From: Eledone cirrhosa
Taxonomy: Eukaryota
Length of the DNA: 64,000 nt
NCBI GenBank assembly: GCA_964016885.1
Contig: OZ024751.1
Coordinates: 12,028,001-12,092,000, forward strand
Direction: 5' to 3'
Below are positions 48,823 to 64,000 of the stretch, piece by piece (within the stretch, counting starts at the first letter, position 1; every line of letters begins with the position of its first letter). Below the pieces are notes generated by a model. The model made no database searches, was not told the DNA's origin, and saw only the letters and a program-made list of their open reading frames with translations. A program made the translations under genes and the position numbers.

Positions 48823-49024
48823 TAAACTATATATATATGTGTTTGTCTATATTGTATCTGTATTATTTTGACCGCCGGTCAGTCAATGGCAACATTGAGG
48901 ACCGGGTAAGTTAGATCGCAGATATATATATATAAAAGACAGCGAGAAGCGAAAACCAACCAAACAGTGAGTGTGTTCTGTTATTAATTCTGGCAATATT
49001 ACGCAAATATGACCCTCCCCAAAT

Positions 49025-49920
<896 letters not shown>

Positions 49921-49980
49921 AGAAAGTGAGGTTTTTTTTACAAAATGAAAAATAACCGGTGTCCTACACGTGTGAAAGTA

Positions 49981-50124
49981 TAAAGAAAAAGAGATGAAAT
50001 CGAAAATGCAACTGGAGTTTTTTTTTTTTTTTAAATATATATATTTATTGGTTCCTTTATCGGTTTCGCAGTTCTTCTGCTTTTCAAAAGGTGAGTTGAG
50101 ATGGAGGGTCTGTGGTTTTTCTCA
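49981..50124 (-). mobile_element. Short element family B with variant HHR (50054-50091)
   Basis: Minus strand cctt-TTGAAAA-gcag(aagaa)ctgc-GAAA-ccga-TA-aagg; inverted copy at 55845-55988. Confidence 0.7.
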
Positions 50125-50240
50125 TATATATATATAAATATATATTAAATAAATATATAAAAATATATATAAATATATATATAAATATATATATATAAAT
50201 ATATTTATATATATATATATTTATATATATATATTTATAT

Positions 50241-50290
<50 letters not shown>

Positions 50291-50350
50291 TATATAGATA
50301 TTAGATAGGTAAATATACACGGGTGTGTATGATTGTCTATAGAAGATTAT

Positions 50351-50728
50351 ATTAATAAGAGGAATTCCAACTTTGTCTGATTTTCTCGTTTTATTTACAA
50401 TCCTTTAAAATATATATAATATGGTATTATAATGAAATAGTATGACAGAATATTAAATTCTAAGTGTTAATTGAACAAGTACTTTCATGCTTTCGCAATC
50501 TTCAGGTTCATGATATGTGGTGACAGTCGAGTTTGCAGTTGAAAATTGCAAACTCGACTGTCACCACATATCATGAACCTGAAGATTGCGAAAGCATGAA
50601 AGTACTTGTTCAATTAACACTTAAAATTTAATATTCTGTCATACTATTTCATTATAATACCATATTATATATATTTTAAAGGATTGTAAATAAAACGAGA
50701 AAATCAGACAAAGTTGGAATTCCTCTTA

Positions 50729-50733
<5 letters not shown>
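50351..50733. mobile_element. Head-to-head palindrome of two family-A HHR elements
   Basis: ~187-bp near-perfect arms; HHR minus 50472-50510 and HHR plus 50574-50612. Confidence 0.9.
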
Positions 50734-51720
<987 letters not shown>

Positions 51721-52089
51721 TTCATAAATTATTTTGTTTATATGTGATATTGACATAGATAAACAGACAAATCCACGTTTTGAATTAAGAAAGATGTATA
51801 GCAGAAGGTCTTCAGAGTGTCTCGGCCTGAATATTTAATATTAGCTAGTTGATTCTGCAAGTTACAATCACAAATCATTTCAACACTCTAAACTAATAGA
51901 AGGACACTATTTTCTCACTTACAATCCTCTTCCCAATTGTATAGCGTCACCTACCCTGGTCTTCCAAATAACATAGGTTAATAATATTATGCGCTCTATT
52001 ATATATCATAGATATTTTCTTGTCTAAAGGTTTTGTTGTTTAGAAGAGTTTCTTAATATTCCAATATCAAATATGTACAACAGCATTTA

Positions 52090-53060
52090 GTAATAATTGT
52101 TTCTGATTTGGCTAGAAGCTAATATCGATTAAATCGACCCCAGTTCGTTCCTGACACATTATTTTAACGTGAATTGGTAGTCTTGGTAGAGGGTCAGACA
52201 CGCTTTCCAGCGTAGTTACGTCCCTTTACAATCTAAGTTCAAATCCCGCCGAGGTTAACTTTGCCTTTCGTCCTTACGGGTCGATAAAATAAAGTACCAG
52301 TAATGTAGTGGGTAATTGCTGACCTTGTGCCAAAAGTAGAAACAATTATTTTAACGACCCCGTAAGGATGAAAGGAAGAGCTAACCATGACATGATTTGA
52401 GTACGTGAAAGGGTATAACTATATGCCACAAAGCATCTTGTCCAACGTTCCTCCGATATTGCTAATCCACCACCCTAACATTTAGTAATAATTATAGTAA
52501 TATTAATTTCTAATTCAGGTACAGTGCCAACATATTTTGACGATTAAATATAGAGCTTACTTGGCTGGTACATAATTTTATCGACCCCGGGAACGATAAA
52601 AAGGAAATTTGTCCTCGGTGGGAAAATTTGAACTCAGAATGTAATGTGCCCAATATATTCCACACACAAACATTTAATAATTGTTTCTACTTTTGGCACA
52701 AGGCCAGCAATTATCCTAGTACATTACTGGTACTTTATGTTATCGACCCCGTAAGGATGAAAGGCAGAGTTAACCTCGGAATGGAAAGGGCCGTAACTCT
52801 ATGCGTCAAAGCATGGCGTCCGACCCTCTACCGATACTGCCATAATGACAATAGTAATAATAATTTCTAATTCAGGTTGAGTACCAACATATTTTGACAA
52901 TTAAATATACTCCTTATTTGACCCGTACATAATTCTATCGACCCCAGAATGATACAAAGTAAAGTTGACCTCAGTGGGAAGATTTGAACTCAGAATGTAA
53001 AGAGACCAAATAAATACCGTAAAGCATTTTGTCCGTCCCTGTGATATTTTTACCAATCCT
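52090..53060. mobile_element. Cluster of SINE copies and fragments in both orientations
   Basis: Plus copy ~52173-52350; minus copies ~52352-52475, 52565-52645, 52677-52840, 52925-53058. Confidence 0.8.
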
Positions 53061-54952
53061 CTATCCTCGAAATGATAAGAATAACACATAGAAATGAAAT
53101 ACTATCTCAACTCCAGTGCTTAATCTTTCCAACATTTCATAGGTGTAAACATTACGCTTATAGTGACACATACTGAGACAACAAAGGCAAGAGAAATGAA
53201 TTTCAATAAAGCAAAGCATACACTTGTACATTGACGTATTAAATTTCAAACAGAAACTTTGCCAATGTTCGCCATTTTCTCTCACAACTGTAGTGGCTTT
53301 GTTAGCGAATCTCGGAGAATAAATATTTATGTAAGAATAATGCATTCAATTAGATAGTAATTTTACACTGATAAGGTTTATCATATATCTAATATATTAG
53401 TTATTCTTACTGGTTTAAGTAACCAGACCGTTAATAAGATTTGAATGAGTTGTATTTAATTATTACTGGATATGTCTGTGCTTGTATAAATGCATTATGT
53501 ATCAATTTATGGATGTATGCATGAAAGTATCTATGAATATATGTATGTATTCATGTATGTATGGATGTATGTTTTCCTATATGTTTTGTATGTTTGTACG
53601 TACACATTTATGTTCGTATGTTAATACGTATGTTTGTATGTATGTATATATGTGTGCATGTGATTTTTATGTATGTATGTATGCAAGTACAACCATAGAT
53701 GTTTAGTTAGGAGGTTTGCTTTGAAAGCATGTAACTTTTCGTCCGATCATATTCTACTATATATCATGCGTTGACTAATATATTGTGAAAGTATTTTAGT
53801 AGGCGTAAACTATGCAGAAGCTCGATGTATATATGTGTATGTATGTATGAGGGTCTACCTGTTTATCTGTGTGTGTCAGTGTTTGTCAGTGTTTATAATT
53901 GTTTAAAAGGCTTCCATGTGCAACCCTTGGAGAAAAGAAAAGGTATCATCTTCGAAAAGCTGTGAAACTTCGATAAACAGTTTCATGAGTAGGTATTCAG
54001 TTGGTTGAAACTTTGAAATTCGTACCAGTCATACGTGACAGTCGAGCCATATTCCTCTATATAAGTTGATTGTAAATATTGTATCTCATGGTTAAAATAA
54101 TTCTAAGAAATCCACTACAAAACAAATTAGAAATAATCAGTGTAAACAGCAGTAAAGTAAGACACAGGAAAATATAGTTTACACTTTTACATTATACTTC
54201 ATATTTCGAAATTAAGAGACCGTTTCGTAAAAGAGAGAAGAGTGAGCTCCAATTGTATTTAAACAGGCTAGCCTTAATAGAATGTTGTAGATCACTTGAA
54301 TCATTGTATATAGTGTAGAAAATGATTTGTTTTAAGGGGGCCAAGACAGTCGAACTGAAAAATTTAGTTTAAATAAAAACAACGAGGTTGTTTGTATTTT
54401 ACCTGACAGTTATTTATTTATTTCGTCCCAATATTTCGGGATTTAAACATCCCTTATTCAGAGATTGGGGCCCCCTCGCATTAAAAAGTATCAGTCTTGT
54501 CATTTTGATATTTGTTTTAAGTTTAAAATTTTAAAATTACTTTCAAGCTGTAAAATCCGTGAGAGGCAGGAGGATAACATCAATTGCCATATATAGAAAT
54601 AGAAAGAAAAAAAAAATAATAATACCAGGTTATACACAAACATCACCGTTGCCTTCATTTAAACTAGGTTTTACAGTCAATATCACATTGTCTAACATTA
54701 GTATAAATGTTACCGTCTTTATTGTAAATCTCTACGGCCGTCTCTAAGGACCAGAGTCCCAAGTACCATCTTGTATACGATCAAATATACAAGATGGTGT
54801 TTTGGGGTTTCTTGTGTAGACGCTAGTGATATAATTGTTTCTACTTTAGGCACAAGGCCAGCTCCTTACTAGTGTTGTTTTATAGTAATATCTTAGACTG
54901 ATAAAGACCTGAACAAAATTAATGAACAAGTGTCAATATATATTTCCATCTA

Positions 54953-55136
54953 GGCGGTGGATTGGCAGTATCGGTAGAGGGTCGGACGCCATGCTTTCCA
55001 GCATACTTACGTCCCTTTACTATCTGAGTTCAAATCCCGCCGAGGTTGACTTTGCCTTTCATCCTTACGGGGTCGATAAAATAAAGTACCAGTAATGAAC
55101 TGGGTTATTGCTGGCCTTATGCCTAAAGTAGAAACA
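54953..55136 (+). mobile_element. Full-length tRNA-derived SINE with 18-bp target-site duplication
   Basis: GGCGGTGGATTGGCAGTATCGG…GTAGAAAC; TSD aatatatatttccatcta at 54935-54952 and 55137-55154. Confidence 0.92.
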
Positions 55137-55418
55137 AATATATATTTCCATCTATTACTGTTAGTCTCTGTACGAAGACGTATATTTTTAGTACACTGTT
55201 ATTATGGTCATCTTGATCCATCATCTGGGTAGATAGGATGCAACAAGTCTACTTTTATAAACATTAACAAACAAACTCATCATCATCATAATTTAATGAT
55301 TTAAAACAATGTAGTAAATTGGTGAGATATATATATATATCTTAGTTATTAAATAATACAAACAAAGCCGAATGCGGCTGCGATTGGTAAACACACACAC
55401 ACACACGTATATATGTGG

Positions 55419-55486
<68 letters not shown>

Positions 55487-55550
55487 ATGTATATATATAT
55501 ATATATATATATTTACACATATATATACACATATATCTATTTACACACAT

Positions 55551-55583
<33 letters not shown>

Positions 55584-55596
55584 CATATATCTATTT

Positions 55597-55629
<33 letters not shown>

Positions 55630-55647
55630 CATACATACATACAAGAC

Positions 55648-55693
<46 letters not shown>

Positions 55694-55753
55694 CTGTGTA
55701 TGTATATATATATATTTACACCTATATATACACATATATCTATTTATACACAT

Positions 55754-55784
<31 letters not shown>

Positions 55785-55799
55785 CACATATATCTATTT

Positions 55800-55844
<45 letters not shown>

Positions 55845-55846
<2 letters not shown>

Positions 55847-55983
55847 AGAAAAACCACAGACCCTCCATCTCAACTCACCTTTTGAAAAGCAGAAGAACTG
55901 CGAAACCGCTAAAGAACCAAATAAATATATATATTTAAAAAAAAAATAAGACTTCAGTTGCATTTTCGATTTCATCTCTTTTT

Positions 55984-55988
<5 letters not shown>
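55845..55988 (+). mobile_element. Short element family B with variant HHR (55878-55914)
   Basis: cctt-TTGAAAA-gcag(aagaa)ctgc-GAAA-ccgc-TA-aag; TA arrays on both sides. Confidence 0.7.
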
Positions 55989-56053
<65 letters not shown>

Positions 56054-56135
56054 AAAGTTATATTTAAATTGGGTTAACAACGAGTAAATATTTATAACTG
56101 ATATAAAAGCACTCAACAAGTATTTGGAGTATATT

Positions 56136-56506
56136 TATGATATTAAATAAATGGAAACTATATTTATAAAACCATATTTATTTCGTTATATATATTTCAG
56201 GGATATCATATTAACAATATGTTATGCCTTCTTCAGACAAAATACAATATAAACAGTCTTATAAATAAATAGATACGACATACCTTTCAATCACCTTGCA
56301 TTTGGGAGGTTGATTTGGGAGGTTGACTGCCAAATCAACCTCCCAAATGCAAGGTGATTGAAAGGTATGTCGTATCTATTTATTTATAAGACTGTTTATA
56401 TTGTATTTTGTCTGAAGAAGGCATAACATATTGTTAATATGATATCCCTGAAATATATATAACGAAATAAATATGGTTTTATAAATATAGTTTCCATTTA
56501 TTTAAT

Positions 56507-56512
<6 letters not shown>
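56136..56512. mobile_element. Head-to-head palindrome (~180-bp arms) with HHR in each arm
   Basis: Right arm tttgt-CTGAAGA(56412)-agg…cct-GAAA(56450)-tata-TA-ta-acgaaa; centre has duplicated tttgggaggttga. Confidence 0.8.
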
Positions 56513-56546
<34 letters not shown>

Positions 56547-57617
56547 CATACAAGACGATGCGATGACCACGATTTTCATGTATTTCCTATTCCTTTCGAT
56601 TTTCAAATTGATAAAAATGTTCTTCCACACTATTATTGCTTCAGATTCATCTCAGATGAAGTCATTTGCCAAAGAAATAGAACACAACTATTCCCTTGTG
56701 TAGTTAATATCAAGAGACAATTTACCAGTTTGACGTATTCCAATTCTTCTTTCCTCCCTTTAATCAAATGTGAGATATATATCTCTGAATTAAATGCTTG
56801 GCGTTATTCATCAAAATAGGGCACTTACGATCTTTTGATAAATATCTGTTACCATGTTTTGTTCAGTCTCTAGGCCATGTCTGGTATATCCGAGCTATGA
56901 TTAAAATTATTCCAGCCGAAACCATTCCATCATTTACTTTTACATTTAGGATAATATTGATCAATATGCCCTTCCAATTTTTAAGATCGCAATGTGGGAT
57001 ATGAAAACGATTTGGCTTTATTTTTTTCGATAAAATTTAACATCCTATTACATTAATTTCGTAATTGCAAGCATTCAATGGAATGTACGGACACTGCGAC
57101 GAATAAAATTTGATTACAAGGTAGTTATTTCTAGCAGGCGAAGCGCCTACATAATCCTCCTTGTGGTCCCACAATAATTCAATCCTTTTTCATTACTTTA
57201 TAAAGAAAAAAAAGGACTTACTTAGGCCCAACATTAATTTTCATTTTCGTTCTGAAAAGTAATTTTTATTCTATTTGATATAAAATGTATATCTAGAAAG
57301 TTATTAAGAAATACTGTCTCCAGACAGAAGGACAGAGGAAAGGTAAAAGGTCTCACGTGTATTCTAAATGTGGCATTTGTGTTGTGCGTAGTTCAAGAGT
57401 TTAAATGTACTTGTCTCATTCTGCTTTGTGTAAACCAACAATATTTGGTTGTTTGGTATTTTGAAATGTTTCTTGGTTGACAGTAGAATAATCCTGGTAG
57501 TGAAAGTATTAAAGGAAGGGACGTTATCAATAAAGGCTTGGCAATCTATAGCCGCTGTCTGTTTATGTTATAAGATGGTTGAGAGAAAGAAACAATGAAA
57601 TATCGAGATGATCATAT

Positions 57618-59395
57618 TAATAATTGTTTCTACTTTTAGCACAAGGCCAGCAAATTACCCAGTGCATTACTGGTACTTTATTTATCTAACAGTGCATCAA
57701 AAGAAATTTAAAAATCTCCCCTTTGTTGAAATCTCTACAGCCTTTACATATTGTTAATAATTGTTTCTACTTTTGGCACAAGGCCAGCAATTACCCAGTG
57801 CATTACTGGTACTTTATTTTATCGACCCCGTAAGGATGAAAGGCAAAGTTAACCTCGGCGGGATTTGAACTCGGAATGGCAAGGGCCGTAACTCTATGCG
57901 TCAAAGCATGGTGTCCGACCCTCTGCCAATACTGCCAATCTACCGCCCCTTGATCATATTAATAATGACTTCTAGTATAAGCACAAGGCCAGTAATTGGG
58001 GGAGAGGGGGGTCAATAAAATCGACCCCAGTATGTTACTGGTACATTATTTTATCGACCCCGTAAGGATGAAAGGCAAAGTTAACCTCGGCGGGATTTGA
58101 ACTCAGACCGTAAAGGACCGTAACTCTATGCTGCAAAGCATGGTGTCCGACTCTCTACCGATACTGCCAATCCCCCCACCCCGATGATTATATTAATAAT
58201 GGTTGCTGATTTAGGCATACGGGAGGGGCATTTGGGGAGGGGTTTGATTAAATCGACTCCAGAGCATTACTGGTACTTCATTTTATGGACCATAATATGG
58301 ATGAAAGACAAGGTAAACGTCGGCGGTATTTGAACTCATGCCGCAAAACATTTTTTCCGACGTTCTACCATTACTTCCATCCACAGACCTCTGCGAAATA
58401 TAATTCCTAATTTACCGTATTTCCCGTCGCCGACGACGCTTCGTCCTCGAGGACGCACCCTAATTTTGACAAACAAAAATAAAAAGAATAAAATAATAAA
58501 CAAACTAAGGTCTCCAGCACGCTTGGTAGATTTTTGAGGATTATTTTAAGGAAAATGTAGCGTCTTCGACGCCAGGAATTACGGTACTTGCATTGCCATT
58601 AATCTTTGACGGGGGGTAATGTCGATAAATCTACCACAGTACTTTACGGGTACTTTATTTTATCGACCTTTGAAGGTTGAAGGGCAAATTTGACCTCAGA
58701 ACATAGAAAGTTGTAAGTAAATTCTTCAATGCATTTCATCCGATAGATCAAAGACTCTGCTTAACTACCTTCCTTGTATGTGTAGTAATAATTGTTTCTA
58801 CATTTGGCACAAGGCCAGCAATTACCTCAGTACATTACTGGTACTTTATTTTATCGACCCCGTATGGATGAAAGACAAAATTAAACTCGGTGAGATTTAA
58901 ACTCAGAACATAAACTAGGTACCACAAAACATGTTGTCCAATGCTCTATAATGTGATGATGATTGTTATAGTAATAATTATTTTCCGAAATCGATAGAGC
59001 GTCGGAGAACATGCTTTGCGGTTTATAGTTACGGCTCTTTACATTCTGATTTCAAATACCGCCGATGTTAGCTTTGCTTTTCATCCTTACGGGATCGATA
59101 ACATCTAGGACCAGTAACTCACAGGAGTCGTTCGATTTAATCAACCTTCCTTTTCCCCAAATTGTTGGCCATGTGCCTAAATGAGAAACCAATGTTATAT
59201 TGGTTGTCAGGGCGGTGGATTCACAGTATGGGTCGAGCGTCGGACAATATGCTGTATGGCATAGGGTTACGTCCCTTTACGTTCTGAGTTCAAATCTCGC
59301 CGAGGTTAACTTTGCCTTTCATCCTTACGGGGTCGATAACATAAAGTACCAGTAATGCGCTGCGTTGGGCGATTTAATCGACTTTCCCTTCCTAT
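57618..59395. mobile_element. Dense SINE cluster (about 8 copies or fragments)
   Basis: Minus copies e.g. 57756-57947, 57960-58175, 58787-58945; plus copies ~58990-59190 and 59210-59390. Confidence 0.85.
58415..58584. mobile_element. Tc1/mariner-type MITE
   Basis: TIRs ccgtatttcccgtcgccgacgacgc / gcgtcttcgacgccaggaattacgg with TA target duplication. Confidence 0.65.
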
Positions 59396-59499
59396 AAATC
59401 AGAACCAATTATTATGACATTGATTACCGTCAACTTCATCAACAACAACATGACGTCAAAACTATTAATACAACTCCAGCCGCTGCAGATGTTACACAT

Positions 59500-60720
59500 T
59501 ACTGTTGTTGTTGTTACTGTTGTTGGTGTTGGTGTTGTTACTGTTGTTGTTGGTGGTGGTGTTGGTGTTGTTACTGTTGTTGTTACTGTTGTTGTTGTTA
59601 CTGTTGTTGTTGTTACTGCTGTTGTTGGTGGTGTTGTTGTTGGTGTTGGTGTTGTTACTGTTGTTGTTACTGTTGTTGTTGTTACTGTTGTTGTTGTTAC
59701 TGCTGTTGTTGTTGTTACTGTTGTTGTTACTGTTGTTGTTGTTGTTGTTACTGTCGTTGTTGTTACTATTGGTGTTGGTGTTGTTACTGTTGTTGTTGTT
59801 ACTGTTGTTGTTGTTGTTGTTACTGTTGTTGTTGTTACTGTTGTTGTTGGTGGTGGTGTTGTTACTGTTGTTGTTGTTACTGTTGTTGTTACTGTTGTTG
59901 TTGTTACTGTTGTTGTTGTTGTTGTTACTGTTGTTGTTGTTGTTACTGTTGTTGTTGTTGTTACTGTTGTTGTTGTTACTGTTGTTGTTGGTGTTGGTGT
60001 TCTTGTTGTTACTGTTGTTGTTGTTACTGTTGTTGTTGTTACTGTTGTTGTTGTTACTGTTGTTGTTGTTGTTGTTGTTACTGTTGTTGTACTGTTGTTG
60101 TTGGTGTCGGTGTTGTTGTTGTTGTTACTGCTGTTGTTGTTACTGTTGTTGTTGGTGTTGTTGTTGTTGTTACTGTTGTTGTTACTGTTGTTGTTGTTGT
60201 TACTGTTGTTGTTGTTACTGTTGTTGTTGTTACTGCTGTTGTTGGTGTTGGTGTTGTTGGTGTTGGTGTTGTTACTGTTGTTGTTACTGTTGTTGTTGTT
60301 ACTGTTGTTGTTGTTGTTACTGCTGTTGTTGGTGTTACTGTTGTTGTTGTTACTGTTGTTGTTGTTGTTGTTGGTGTTGTAACTGTTGTTGTTGTTTTTG
60401 GTGTTACTGCTGTTGTTGTTGTTACTGGTGTTGTTGCTGTTGTTGTTGTTGTTATTGATGTCGTTAATGTTATTGTTACTGTTGTTGTTACTGGTGTTGT
60501 TATTGTTGTTGTTACTGTTACTGTTGTTGTTACTGTTGTTGTTGTTACTGTTTTGTTGTTGTTACTGCTGTTGTTGTTGTTATTGTTGTTGTTACTGTTG
60601 TTGTTGTGGTTATTGTTGATGTTATTGTTGTTGTCGTTACCGGTGTTGTTGTTACTGTTGTTGTTGTTACTGTTGTTGTTGTTGTTACTGTTGTTGTTGT
60701 AGTTACTGTTGTTGCTTGTG
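59500..60720. repeat. (GTT)n/(GTTACT) trinucleotide array
   Basis: Source of the poly-V/L/C artefact ORFs. Confidence 0.95.
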
Positions 60721-60816
60721 ATTTTTGTTGATTATGTTGTACTGTTGTTGTTTGTTTTAACATTCTTGTTGTTGTTTTTGTGATTATTGCTTTGTTGTTG
60801 TCGTTGTTGTTGCTCA

Positions 60817-60851
<35 letters not shown>

Positions 60852-61478
60852 GTGTTGCTGGTTGTGGTTTCACTGCGGTATTTCTCGTTAATATTGTTGT
60901 TGTTCCTATCATAGATAATTAATGTTTGTTGTTGTTGCACTTATTGTTTTTGCTGCTGCTGTCATCCTTGTTGTTGTAATTGTTGTTGTTGTTGTACCTC
61001 CTTCTGCCACAGTAAGGTTTCTGTGTTGGCTGCAGGAGAAACGGTTTAATTATACAGGTGAAGAACTATAATCTGCTACACGTGCCTTTGGCAGCATCAG
61101 TGACGCAGATGGAAGGTTTGATAGAACGCTGTTCAGCCTGACACTTCCCTCATCTCAATTAAATAGAAGACTCAAGATGCTGCCTCCCCGGAGGCTAATA
61201 TTTTACAGCAAAGCCATTTCCATTGCTGTTTTTTTTTCTCCTTCTTCTCATTCTTTCTTTATTCATGGTTGCTTTGTTTTTTAGCTGCACCTGTCAACGT
61301 AGTAGTAAAACGCACTTACCCACACACAGACATATACATACATGCACGTACACATACGCGTATACACACATATTATAGACACATTATGTATATATATATA
61401 TATACATATATGTATGTTTGTATATATATATACATACGCATATATGTATGTTTGTAAATATATATGTGTGTGTGTGTA

Positions 61479-61518
<40 letters not shown>

Positions 61519-61720
61519 TACGCATATATGTATGTCTATATATATACATATTTGCATACGCGTATATGTATGAGTGTATGTATAAGAGCACTCAAACACA
61601 AAAATAGACATAGTGGCACACAAGCGGATTTTGAGAGAAGCAGACACTCGCAAGCATACATAGACATTACATACTCGTGATCACATACACATAAGCGTGT
61701 ACATATCTTCACACACAAAG

Positions 61721-61796
<76 letters not shown>

Positions 61797-62333
61797 CACA
61801 TATATATATATATATGTAAATATATATATATACACATATATATATATATATATATAAGTGAGGGTTTATGTGCCTATGCTTGCACATACGCGTATCTGTA
61901 TGCATATGTTTTCATGTATGTACATACATATATATGAACGCATACATACACATACTTATATGAAGGGAGAATGTAAAATATATATTTAAGAATTAAATAT
62001 ATATACATAAATTAAAAAGAAAGAAGAAATTTAAGAAATGTTTAGAAAATTCAACCAATCAAAATGGTAACCCAGTTCGTAACCCCAAAAGCCCATAAGT
62101 GGAAAACCTAAACCAAACCCCTCACCATGACTTTGCGCATAACCTTTAACCTTACACTCCAAACTCCTCACCGCGACTCTAGTAGATAAACCAATCAGAT
62201 TGAATAATAACGTGATATAAAGCAACCAATGAAAAGACGAGAAATAAAGCTGGTGTTGCCTTTATTAATATTCCCTCACACTCTCCTTTCTAGCCTTATA
62301 TTTTCATTATCCCTCTCCCTCACCCTCTCTCTA

Positions 62334-62417
<84 letters not shown>

Positions 62418-62420
62418 TCC

Positions 62421-62451
<31 letters not shown>

Positions 62452-62673
62452 CACATATATGTGTCTGTACTTCTAATCTATCTAGTAAATCTTCTTTTAA
62501 TTTCAGTGTGTCTTTCTTTATCTATCTATCTATCTTTCTACCTACTTAAATACGTATCTATCTATCTATCTAGAAACATATCTATCTATCTAGCTAGTAA
62601 CGTATTTATCTATCTACCTACCTAAATACGTATCTATCTAGCTATCGTTCCTTATATATATATATACATATAT

Positions 62674-62924
62674 ATGGTGGCTGCCAACTCGTCTTCGAGT
62701 ACGGCCACTACTTTATATCCATGTAGGAGAACCCCTACTGATGCGCTGAACGAGTGTGACTTTTTAGTCCAGCCAGCGACTAAAGACTCAGGTACAAACA
62801 CTAGTCTTCTGACAATTATTGACACATAATGCTGGGCCCATGGTATCATTTGACGACAAGAGCAGAGAGATCTCCAGATATAACGCAATGCCTGTGCCGT
62901 GAAGCTTTTATAGTGAACGAAGGC
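62674..62924 (-). mobile_element. Second, 5'-truncated copy of the bipartite RTE-derived element
   Basis: Aligns to 19747-20000 including the internal junction; flanked by TA repeats. Confidence 0.85.
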
Positions 62925-62986
62925 ATATATATATATATATATATATATAATATAAGATCAAAAGATGGTTAAAGGAGTTCAATATA

Positions 62987-63053
62987 TTTTATTATGCGCA
63001 TTTCAAAAACAAACATCATCAAACAATAATATTTGTGTTTTCATCAGATAAAA
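62987..63053 (-). ncRNA. Degenerate hammerhead ribozyme in probable PLE pLTR
   Basis: Minus strand ttttat-CTGATGA-aaacacaaatattatt..gatgatgtttgtttt-t-GAAA-tgcg-CA-ta-ataaaa; cleavage-site U absent. Confidence 0.5.
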
Positions 63054-64000
63054 CAGGAGAACATGATATGAAGGCTAAAAAAACACTTGTTGATAGTGCA
63101 GTTTTAAATCAACATATGAAAAGTGGTTTTAGATTGATGTGTGATATTGGGAAAAATATTTTATTTAGAGAGGGGGGGAGAGAAAAGGATGAAAAGGGAA
63201 GGAGATGAGAGGGAGAGATGGGTGATAGAGAGAAAGAGATAGTTTTTATAACAGAGAGGAGATATATTTTATATAGAGGGGTTGAAAACCGTTGGAAGAT
63301 ACTGTATAAATTAAAAATTTTGAAAATTAACGAAGGGAGGATATGTGCGAGGAAAAAATATATTATATTTAGGGAGGGGTGGGGGTGGAAAGGATGAAAA
63401 AAAGGGAGGAGATGAGAGTGAAGGTGGAAAGGGAGAGATGGGTGATAGAGAGAAAGAGATAGTTTTTATAACTGAGAAAAAGATATAATGTTTTAATATA
63501 GAGAGGTTGGGAACCGTTGGAAGATAATGTATAAATTAAAGGAATTTGAAAATTAACGAAGGGAAATTATGTATGGAGATAGAGAGAAAAAAATAACGAA
63601 GGGAGATTATGTATGGAGATAGAGAGAAAAAAATAATAATTGTGGGTGAATATTCAAAAGGAGAAATGTAGGAATCTTAAAATTAGCAAAGAGAAAAAGT
63701 TTATGTATAGGATTTGAGAAAAATTTATATTGAATTCATATGTATTAATAATGAGTTCGTTGATGGGGAGAAAAAAATAATAATAATAAATTAAGGATGA
63801 AATTGAGATTAAAAAGATTTATGATAGAGAGAAAAAATAATAATGATTGCGGATGAATACTCAAAATGTCAAAAACAAATGTTATTGTTTTACGAAGAGA
63901 TATAATGAGGGTGATGAGTAAACGGGTATTATAGAGTGTATAATACCCTTTAAAGTAAGGTAGATGGGTATATTTTAAAGAATATATGAGTATATATTAA

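Noticed and set aside
53061-53345. 94-aa minus-strand ORF; also unique segments 56570-57010 and 61010-61230
   Set aside because: No recognisable domain, no convincing splice-site pair, stops in alternative frames
54953-55050. tRNA gene
   Set aside because: A/B boxes belong to a multi-copy SINE head; no cloverleaf recognised
59414-60940. Poly-Val/Leu/Cys ORFs (also 28-1140, 3097-3534, 18906-19317)
   Set aside because: Trinucleotide-repeat artefacts
63060-64000. Possible decayed PLE coding remnant upstream of the 62987 HHR (HLPYFKG-like motif on minus strand)
   Set aside because: Too degenerate and interrupted by purine-rich tandem duplications to support a call

Overview
AT-rich, microsatellite-saturated animal genomic DNA. 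The tRNA-derived SINE and the LINE tails resemble octopod (cephalopod) repeats; this assignment is an inference from repeat recognition, not a database result. Almost all ORFs in the track are (TA)n/(GTT)n/(CA)n artefacts. The real coding content is four retroelements. (1) An intact RTE-clade LINE (26417-29962, APE+RT plus three C-terminal C2H2 zinc fingers). (2) A 5'-truncated R4/Dong-like RT+RLE element broken by one stop codon (31816-34944, minus). (3) A frameshifted Hydra-type Penelope-like element (PLE) flanked by inverted pseudo-LTRs (41743-45502). (4) A Neptune/Nematis-type PLE with an uninterrupted 987-aa ORF (45553-48516). The most striking unannotated signal is roughly 20 minimal type-I hammerhead ribozyme (HHR) motifs. 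They sit in several distinct short non-coding element families inserted into (TA)n, often as head-to-head palindromes whose 3' ends point outward. The window also holds a bipartite non-autonomous RTE derivative, a ~400-bp direct repeat around the RTE, many SINE copies, MITEs, one plausible host exon and a pre-miRNA-like hairpin. All structures were read by eye and none were computed.
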